Of a stretch of 24,494 nucleotides of DNA, positions 18,617 to 24,494 are shown piece by piece. Within the stretch, counting starts at the first letter, position 1; the number at the start of each line of letters is the position of its first letter. Origin of the DNA: a virus (Duplodnaviria; Heunggongvirae; Uroviricota; Caudoviricetes); IMG/VR virus record IMGVR_UViG_2778261179_000018, positions 1-24,494 of that record. One strand, given 5' to 3'. The position numbers and the translations under genes were made by a program. A model generated the notes under the pieces. It ran no database searches and had not been told where the DNA came from. It worked only from the letters and a program-made list of their open reading frames with translations.

Positions 18617-19154
18617 GTTATTTTCCTCTGGCTGGCAATACTGGCCACCAGCGATAGGCGCAGGGATGCGCTACCGCCTTCATTGGTAAGAATTGGTAAG
18701 GTTAAAACGAGGTTTGCGCGCCACCGGCAGTGGCTCACAACTTTGCGCCTGCGCAGTTCGTACACGCCAATCAGCTGCGTACGTTTAACGTACGGACGTC
18801 GTAACCTTTTGATAGAGTCGGTTATCGCGATTCGCGATAAATGGCTAACCCTCTGATTCTTTCGAAAACCTGCACCGCAGGAACTCGCCCAACTGGCTGA
18901 TAAATCGTGATTATAACTATTCGTTAGGACTGGATCGCGCCCGCCGAGCTCACTGGCTTGCTTGAACTTATGTGATTGAGTGTCATTTCAGCCAGAGCTG
19001 GTGGCTATCGTTTTCGACCAAACTCACGATGAGTTGTGAGCTATCACCAGCAGTCATCAGTCCGCACTTTACAGCGCGCATTATTCTGGGTTATATGCGA
19101 CTATTAACAGCAGTAGATGGCAACAGACGATAATAAACGGCAGGAGATTGGATC

Positions 19155-19613
19155 ATGGCAGTTACAACCCTAAATAGCGTGGCGGACTATCTGCTGTGCT
19201 TTGCTCAGGAGCACGGGGATGTTATGACGCCGCTGAAACTGCAAAAAATGGTGTTTTACGCTGATGCCTGGTATATGGCTCTGAACGATGGCGAAGAGTT
19301 GATTGCTGATCGGTTTGAGGCGTGGGTACACGGCCCGGTAGCGAGAGATTTGTATATCAGGTTCGCCGATTACAAATGGCAGCCGATCACCCGTGAAATA
19401 CCATGCCCGGATCTCCCTAAGGGTGTTTCTGAACATCTGGACGAAATTTATAATGTATTCGGCGGATTCTCGGCTTATGAGCTGGAGCAGATGACGCATC
19501 AGGAAAAACCCTGGCTGATAGCTCGCGGTGATATTCCATCAGATGCGCCTTGCCGGAATGACATCGACAAAGGCGTAACCGCTGAATTCTACCGCGGCAT
19601 GATGGATGCCTGA
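19155..19613 (+). CDS. Panacea-domain (DUF4065, SocA/GepA-like) protein; putative antitoxin
   Basis: 152 aa; RBS AGGAGA 8 nt upstream; hallmark LKLQKMVFYADAW ... GPV ... Y of the DUF4065 family. Confidence 0.75.
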   Translation: MAVTTLNSVADYLLCFAQEHGDVMTPLKLQKMVFYADAWYMALNDGEELIADRFEAWVHGPVARDLYIRFADYKWQPITREIPCPDLPKGVSEHLDEIYNVFGGFSAYELEQMTHQEKPWLIARGDIPSDAPCRNDIDKGVTAEFYRGMMDA

Positions 19614-19615
19614 AC

Positions 19616-20053
19616 GTGGGCAAAGGGAAAATCAAGGCAAGCAAGATACCGGCAGCGGGTAATCAAATCGTTGCCGGAACGCCCATCCCCACCACTACAA
19701 CCCTCAGTTTCTCTTTCCAGTACATTGATCCCGCACATGCTAAGTTCGGTTTTGCGGGACAGGCGACTGCTTACTTTTGCAAGGTGCTGGAGCGTCTTAA
19801 AGATATATCAACTCTGACGCCGCTTGAGTTTACGACAAACCGAAATGCGGCTCTCAAATCGCACTGTATCGAGTGGAAAACAACCTCCGAGCCTGACGGC
19901 TTTACTCACCTCAACGAGCAGTTCCAGAGCTATACGCCTTATCAGTTTGCCATATCTCGCAATGAGCACGGCCGCATACACGGCTTTTTCATTGGCAATG
20001 TGTTCTACGTCGTATGGCTTGACCCCAACCACCAGCTCTACCCCGGCGAATAG
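19616..20053 (+). CDS. Hypothetical protein, candidate toxin partner of the Panacea-domain protein
   Basis: 145 aa; GTG start 2 bp after the upstream stop (operon arrangement); no recognisable domain. Confidence 0.5.
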   Translation: MGKGKIKASKIPAAGNQIVAGTPIPTTTTLSFSFQYIDPAHAKFGFAGQATAYFCKVLERLKDISTLTPLEFTTNRNAALKSHCIEWKTTSEPDGFTHLNEQFQSYTPYQFAISRNEHGRIHGFFIGNVFYVVWLDPNHQLYPGE

Positions 20054-20158
20054 CCAACCCATTGTTTATTCCGAAAACCGCCAATGGCGTGCACCGGGCT
20101 CATGTAATAGCCCCCGTTTAAACCGGACACTTCACCAGTAAGACATAGGCATAGAGCT

Positions 20159-20563
20159 ATGTTTAAGGAGTGTCCTGTGCAAAGAATCGAAGTGATCACT
20201 GGCGAGCAAAAGCGCCGCCGTTATACTCCCGAAGAGAAAGCCCGTTTTGTAGCGCTCGCCATGCAGCCCGGCTACACCGTCTCACTCGTTGCCCGGCAAT
20301 ATGGCATCACTCCCAGTCTTCTTTTTAAGTGGAAACGACTCATGAACGAGGGTGGCAAGTCTGCGATCGCCGCAGGCGACGAGGTGGTCAGCGTCTCCGA
20401 GCTCAAAGCGCTGGAGAAAAAAGTCAAACAGCTTGAACAGATGCTGGGACGCAAAACGATGGAAGCCGAAATCCTTCGCGACGCGCTTGAGATAGCCCAG
20501 GCAAAAAAGTTGATATCGCGCATGCCATTGCTGCCACCGGACGATATCCCCTCATCCGAATAG
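20159..20563 (+). CDS. IS3-family transposase OrfA (HTH DNA-binding subunit)
   Basis: EQKRRRYTPEEKARFV...GYTVSLVARQYGITPSLLFKWKR and a leucine-zipper-like C-terminus; slippery AAAAAAG at 20503-20509 for a programmed -1 frameshift. Confidence 0.85.
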   Translation: MFKECPVQRIEVITGEQKRRRYTPEEKARFVALAMQPGYTVSLVARQYGITPSLLFKWKRLMNEGGKSAIAAGDEVVSVSELKALEKKVKQLEQMLGRKTMEAEILRDALEIAQAKKLISRMPLLPPDDIPSSE

Positions 20564-20568
20564 CAGAA

Positions 20569-21384
20569 GTGCTCTGTGTATCGCGTTCGAATCTGTATGA
20601 CCGGTTACTGGATAAAAGCCAGCACCGGTCAGCCCGCTACAGCAAAGACGATGACGCCCGACTGTTACCGCTTATCCGCCAGATATGCAGCGAGCGGGCA
20701 ACAAACGGCTATCGTCGCGTGACTGCGCACCTCAATCGTGCGCTGAAGGAACATAACTGGCGAGTTAACCCCAAACGTATTTATCGGATCATGCAGGCGA
20801 ATAACCTGTTACTGGCAAAATCTGGCCATAAAAAGCCAGAACGCTGCCATACCGGCAGCGTCGTGACACTTAAGTCGGATACGCGCTGGTGCTCAGATGG
20901 CTTCGAAATCCGCTGCTGGAATCGGGAAGTCGTGCGGGTGGTGTTCAGCCTTGACTGCTGTGATCGTGAAGCCATCAGTTGGTCGGCCACAGCAGGCGGT
21001 ATAAACAGCGTTATGGTGCAGGATCTGCTGACAGAGAGTGTAGAAAAGCGCTTTGGAAATACGCTTTACCTGCCACACGCCGTTGAGTGGCTGACCGATA
21101 ACGGCAGTTGCTACGTAGCGGACGCGACAAGGACGTTCGCTGCTTCACTCGGGTTCATCGTGTGTACGACGCCAGTGCGTAGCCCGGAGAGCAATGGGAT
21201 GGCTGAATCGTTCGTGAAAACGTTCAAGCGTGACTACGTGTATGTGAATGACCTGCCGGATGCGGTGACCGTAATGGAAAAACTGACAGAATGGATGGAA
21301 GACTATAATAACTGGCATCCCCATAAAGGACTGAAAATGCAGTCACCGAGAGAATACAGAAGCTCATTACTAGCTATAAATTAA
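20569..21384 (+). CDS. IS3-family transposase OrfB (DDE catalytic domain); probably expressed as an OrfAB fusion
   Basis: ORF-track coordinates; the reading frame stays open upstream to the slippery site in the -1 frame; integrase-core-like block WLTDNGSCYVA and conserved C-terminal region. Confidence 0.8.
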   Translation: MLCVSRSNLYDRLLDKSQHRSARYSKDDDARLLPLIRQICSERATNGYRRVTAHLNRALKEHNWRVNPKRIYRIMQANNLLLAKSGHKKPERCHTGSVVTLKSDTRWCSDGFEIRCWNREVVRVVFSLDCCDREAISWSATAGGINSVMVQDLLTESVEKRFGNTLYLPHAVEWLTDNGSCYVADATRTFAASLGFIVCTTPVRSPESNGMAESFVKTFKRDYVYVNDLPDAVTVMEKLTEWMEDYNNWHPHKGLKMQSPREYRSSLLAIN

Positions 21385-21662
21385 CCGTGTCCGATTTAGC
21401 GGGGGCAACTCCAGCTCAATCTGTATATGGACAAAACAACGTTAAACACGGTTAGAGGTTCCGACGAAATCCGTCGGTAGCTGTGAAGATGATGGAAAGA
21501 GCCATCATGAGGAAAATCAACAAAGTCCAGCTTTGGACTGTAAGCCGGATTTGGCTTGCGTAAGGCTAGTGACTCAAAGTCGCGAGGTTAACCGAGTATC
21601 TCTGAGCGAGTCGGATAGCCTACCCTCTTTAAGAGGGTCAGTAGATACGGGGCTGGACTAAG

Positions 21663-21858
21663 TTATCCACATAATGGAAATCATAAGGCAACTCACTATC
21701 TCCGCATTTCATGCGGCCTAAGGGCATAAAATCGCAGTTTTCATTGAAAATGGATAACTCCGCATTTTTTTGAAGTTTTAATTCCGCACTCAAACGCAGA
21801 CAGGCAGCGGCCCCGGAGGAGACTTTTAGTCAGAATTATTCCGCACGCAAAATGCGGA
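21663..21858. repeat. ORF-free region with a DnaA-box-like 9-mer and repeated TCCGCA motifs; candidate origin or operator
   Basis: TTATCCACA at 21663-21671; reverse-orientation TGGATAA at 21751-21757; four direct copies of (A/T)(C/T)TCCGCA at about 21698, 21756, 21780 and 21838; small inverted repeats CCGCAT-ttc-ATGCGG and TCCGCA-cgcaaaa-TGCGGA; AT-rich stretches between. Confidence 0.4.
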
Positions 21859-22278
21859 GAAATGATTTTGAACAAAAATTAAACAGTGACTGATTTCAGG
21901 TAAGCGTATGGCCAGAAAAAATAGTTTTCAGAAGGCCTACGTCGGTATCGTTCTGGACATGGCTTTAGCCCTGCCAATGTATGCAAATGTTAACGTTTTT
22001 CCGTGTCTGGCTGGTGGGCGAATCTTTACATTTCTTGGTGCTAGAGGGCTGACTTAGTTTCATCAGGGTAATTGCGACAAATTGCGACGTTCTGTCCTGA
22101 TACGAACGGAGCTGAATAGCGAAAAATATAGACGTTTTCCCGGTTGTTCACCCGAGACTCTACGAGCAGAATGTTTACAAATGTTGGTGTTCAGACGTTT
22201 CTCAAATGCCGGCCCACTGATAGGATCAAATAGTAACGTTTTGGCGAAATTCTCCCTTTCCAGAAACAGGTGGCTAAC

Positions 22279-22470
22279 ATGCTTAAATCTGATGTCATTG
22301 AGTCGGCAATTGCTGAGATGGTCACTAAGCAGGGATTCGCATTGAGCGCCGCCGATATGCTGGAGCTACGTTGTAGAGTTGCCGGTACGCTCGCAGCGAA
22401 GGAGCGCCACCGCCGGCGGATGACGGCCCCAGCCTACCAGTGGAAGAAGCCGGATAATCCGCGTCGCTAA
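22279..22470 (+). CDS. Hypothetical small protein
   Basis: Start at MLKSDV with RBS AGGTGG 5 nt upstream (track start 22270 rejected); 63 aa; 3' end overlaps the convergent minus-strand gene by 4 bp. Confidence 0.45.
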   Translation: MLKSDVIESAIAEMVTKQGFALSAADMLELRCRVAGTLAAKERHRRRMTAPAYQWKKPDNPRR

Positions 22471-22826
22471 AACACACGCGTAAATTCGCCTTCTATCGCC
22501 CCACCAGCGCCATCTTTATCGTGCACCACTGAAACGGTACCCGGAAGGCCATAACGGACGACTGTAGCAGTCGTCTCGCCGCCCAGAACGATACTCCGCG
22601 CCTCACGGCTACGGTACCTTTCCAGCAACCCGTCTTTCACCATTGCTTCAAGCGTTCGCCTGGTGGATTCGAGCCAGTGCCGGTTATCTTTGAGACCCAT
22701 ACCATGTAGCAGGTATGCTACGCCGGACACATCGAGCGGAGGTGCGCCGATCTCGACCGTCACCCATTCCCGGTTATCCGGCTCAAAGTAGCTGAGTATC
22801 GTCTTTTTGCGGCTGGTCAGTCTCAT
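22467..22826 (-). CDS. Hypothetical protein, possible DNA-binding regulator
   Basis: Start at MRLTSRKK with RBS AAGGAA 9 nt upstream (track start 22862 rejected); 119 aa; divergent from the terminase-like operon across the TGCGCAA motif cluster. Confidence 0.5.
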   Translation of the reverse strand: MRLTSRKKTILSYFEPDNREWVTVEIGAPPLDVSGVAYLLHGMGLKDNRHWLESTRRTLEAMVKDGLLERYRSREARSIVLGGETTATVVRYGLPGTVSVVHDKDGAGGAIEGEFTRVF

Positions 22827-22896
22827 GCTGGAAGATTCCTTAATGTAGGATAGTGCTATCATACATTAACAGAACGCCAGCAGGGTACATCCAGAA

Positions 22897-23102
22897 GTAC
22901 GCAGACTGGTACGCAGGTACGCAAAAGTGGTACGTAGTGCGCAAAAAAAGTGCGAATTGCGCAGTTTGAAAAATAACCGCGCAAATAGGCCTGTAACCCG
23001 CACCAGCACTTGTTTTTAATGGTGATGATTCGCAATATTTGTGCGCAATTCGCAGATTTAATGCTTAGAAATGCCAGGGTTTCAGCGTTCAATTGCGCAA
23101 TA
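22897..23102. promoter_or_regulatory. Dense cluster of GTACGCA / TGCGCAA-family motifs in a divergent intergenic region
   Basis: GTACGCAG 22897, GGTACGCAG 22908, GGTACGCAA 22916, GGTACGTAG 22929, GTGCGCAAA 22938; GTGCGAATTGCGCAG at 22950-22964, whose 13-bp core recurs in inverted orientation as TGCGCAATTCGCA at 23042-23054; palindromic AATTGCGCAAT near 23091. Confidence 0.5.
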
Positions 23103-23145
23103 ATTTGTATCGGGATGTACCGTTTATGCCGCCAAGAGGCGTTAA

Positions 23146-23526
23146 ATGAAAAAACCTGACCAACAATCAAGATCCGGATGGGGCGGAAAGCGTACCGGCT
23201 CTGGCGCACCCTATGGCAACACGAACGCGGTTAAGCATGGAGAACGTAGCCGGCGGGCATTTTTTCCACTGGAAGGCGGAGATGAGCTCTCCCCGCTGGT
23301 AAAGAACAGGGTGCGGAACCTCTTGCTGGCTGAACACCTCGGCCTGCTCATACAAAGCGACCCGGAGTACGGAACAGAGGCATGGCGGGAAATGACGCTT
23401 CTCTACGGGATGATGAGCCTGCATACCGACCGCATCATGAGGCTGGAGCTGATGAAAGCAAAGGCTGACCTGGCCCGCGCCAGACTGGAGCTGATAAGGC
23501 TTAAAAAGCGTCTGCCTGCCAGATGA
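23146..23526 (+). CDS. Putative phage terminase small subunit-like protein
   Basis: 126 aa; RBS AAGAGG 7 nt upstream; N-terminal GAPYGNTNAVKHG, which I recall from small terminase / packaging proteins; coiled-coil-like C-terminus. Confidence 0.5.
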   Translation: MKKPDQQSRSGWGGKRTGSGAPYGNTNAVKHGERSRRAFFPLEGGDELSPLVKNRVRNLLLAEHLGLLIQSDPEYGTEAWREMTLLYGMMSLHTDRIMRLELMKAKADLARARLELIRLKKRLPAR

Positions 23527-23583
23527 GTGATTTGCTGGCTGGTGGTTGTGAGAATTCTGGACAGTTCTGGACGGATGGGGAAT

Positions 23584-23994
23584 ATGGCGACATTAAAGGC
23601 TGAGTGCAAAATATTTATTGTTCAATCCATTGCGTGCTACGAAACGCCTTCTCAGGTCGTGGAGTCCGTAAGGGAGAAATTTGGTATTAAAATCACCCGC
23701 CAGCAGGTCGAATCACATGATCCGACGAAGGTCAGCGGTAAGGGGCTGGCTCAAAAATGGGTAGACATATTCAACGCTACCCGCGCGCGCTTTCTCAAAG
23801 AAACCTCGGACATTCCGATCGCCAACAAGGCCTATAGTCTGCGCGTCCTCGACAGAATGGCTGTTAACGCTGAAAGCATGAATAACTACGGAATGACAGC
23901 CGACATTCTGGAGCAGGCAGCCAAAGAGGTTGGCGGAGTGTACGCCAGCCGGATGAACGTGGAGACTGCAGGCAAAAGCATCAGTGACGCTTAG
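23584..23994 (+). CDS. DUF2280-like phage protein (packaging-associated, putative DNA-binding)
   Basis: Start at MATLKAECKIFIVQSIACYETPSQVVESVREKFGIKITRQQV, which resembles DUF2280 N-termini as I recall them; 136 aa. Confidence 0.55.
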   Translation: MATLKAECKIFIVQSIACYETPSQVVESVREKFGIKITRQQVESHDPTKVSGKGLAQKWVDIFNATRARFLKETSDIPIANKAYSLRVLDRMAVNAESMNNYGMTADILEQAAKEVGGVYASRMNVETAGKSISDA

Positions 23995-24200
23995 GCTAGG
24001 GCAGCAGGGCTCAACCCAATAGAAGCCGCAGACGCCTACAAAAAGATGGTGATTTGAATATGGATGATTTTAACTAAGATTCAGCCACCAGCCTGACCTA
24101 CCTTTTCTCGCAGGATGCCACCTGTAGTTGCGTAAGATCAATGTTGGCTAACTTTTCAACGAATACCTTGGATGTTCATCTAAAGCCCGGAGAGAGCCAA

Positions 24201-24494
24201 ATGAACATCAAGTTAGTCACTATTTCCGTACTTGCAGCTGCTTTCGTCTTTGTGTCAGATATTGCCATCGCCAAATCGAACCAGTTAACTGATGACCAAG
24301 TTAAGCAAAGAATTATCGACGACTCTATAGCATCCTACCCAGGTACCTGCGCTTGCCCATTCAATACGGCACGGAACGGAAGCTCATGCGGCCGCCGCAG
24401 CGCCTGGAGCAAAGCGGGAGGATATTCGCCTGTCTGCTATAAGAAAGAGGTCACAAAGGATATGGTAAAAGAGTGGCGCAAGCAGAATCAGTAA
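24201..24494 (+). CDS. Small secreted Cys-containing protein
   Basis: Start at MNIKLVTISVLAAAFVFVSDIAIA (signal-peptide-like) with RBS GGAGAGAG; four Cys in the mature part; about 97 aa (track start 24141 rejected). Confidence 0.5.
   Translation: MNIKLVTISVLAAAFVFVSDIAIAKSNQLTDDQVKQRIIDDSIASYPGTCACPFNTARNGSSCGRRSAWSKAGGYSPVCYKKEVTKDMVKEWRKQNQ

Larger units (their letters stand above)
20103..21413 (+). mobile_element. IS3-family insertion sequence (IS2-like), apparently intact, with 5-bp target duplication
   Basis: Terminal inverted repeats TGTAATAGCCCCCGTTTAAACCGGACAC (left) and reverse complement of the right end TGGAGTTGCCCCCGCTAAATCGGACAC; flanking direct repeat GCTCA at 20098-20102 and 21414-21418; OrfA and OrfB with an A6G slippery site. 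Confidence 0.8.

Noticed and set aside
18166-18765. ORFs 18166-18363 (+), 18213-18449 (+), 18233-18571 (-), 18253-18765 (-)
   Set aside because: They overlap the well-supported spike gene in alternative frames or on the opposite strand, with Arg/Pro/Ser-rich translations typical of GC-rich antisense frames.
19808-20141. ORFs 19824-20141 (+) and 19808-20062 (-)
   Set aside because: They overlap the Panacea partner gene and the IS left end; no RBS; low-complexity translations.
21414-22270. Retron (msr/msd) or group II intron explaining the structured region
   Set aside because: No reverse-transcriptase ORF anywhere nearby and no recognisable group II 5' end (GUGYG) or domain V consensus; left as unassigned structured DNA/RNA.
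22082-22345. 87-aa ORF 22082-22345 (+)
   Set aside because: No RBS, overlaps the better-supported 22279-22470 gene, and its translation is not protein-like. A 49-codon ORF at 21907-22056 with RBS AGGTAA was also noted but is too weakly supported to call.
1-24494. tRNA, tmRNA or rRNA genes
   Set aside because: No cloverleaf-like sequence with a T-arm GGTTCGAATCC-type motif and CCA end was found by eye; the integrase target gene is presumably just upstream of the window.

Overview
This window reads as a mosaic of mobile DNA in an enterobacterial-type chromosome; the host cannot be named from sequence alone. All calls are from reading the sequence and ORF track by eye; no homology search, HMM scan or RNA folding was run, so family names are motif-based recollection. 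(1) Positions 1-9.3 kb look like a P4/CP4-57-type integrative island: tyrosine integrase, an AT-rich cargo ORF, AlpA, an antirepressor, a small ribbon-helix-helix gene on the minus strand, several small ORFs, a zinc-finger/Toprim/P-loop primase-helicase, and two iteron clusters. (2) Positions 9.5-12.9 kb hold an AT-rich two-gene cassette, AAA+ ATPase plus S8 subtilase, which I think matches the ietAS defense class (mechanism unknown); it sits directly after what looks like a 3'-truncated ssb-like gene. (3) Positions 13.3-18.6 kb are a phage tail/baseplate module (tape measure with a lytic transglycosylase domain, hub-like protein, HxH spike) that ends abruptly. (4) Positions 19.2-20.1 kb carry a Panacea/DUF4065 protein followed by an unrecognised 145-aa partner, a candidate toxin-antitoxin pair. 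(5) Positions 20.1-21.4 kb are an intact IS3-family insertion sequence with a 5-bp target duplication. (6) Positions 21.4-23.1 kb are ORF-poor and dense in hairpins, a DnaA-box-like 9-mer and motif arrays, followed by terminase-small-subunit-like genes and a small secreted protein. The most interesting candidates are the ATPase/subtilase cassette, the Panacea pair and the AT-rich ORF beside the integrase.
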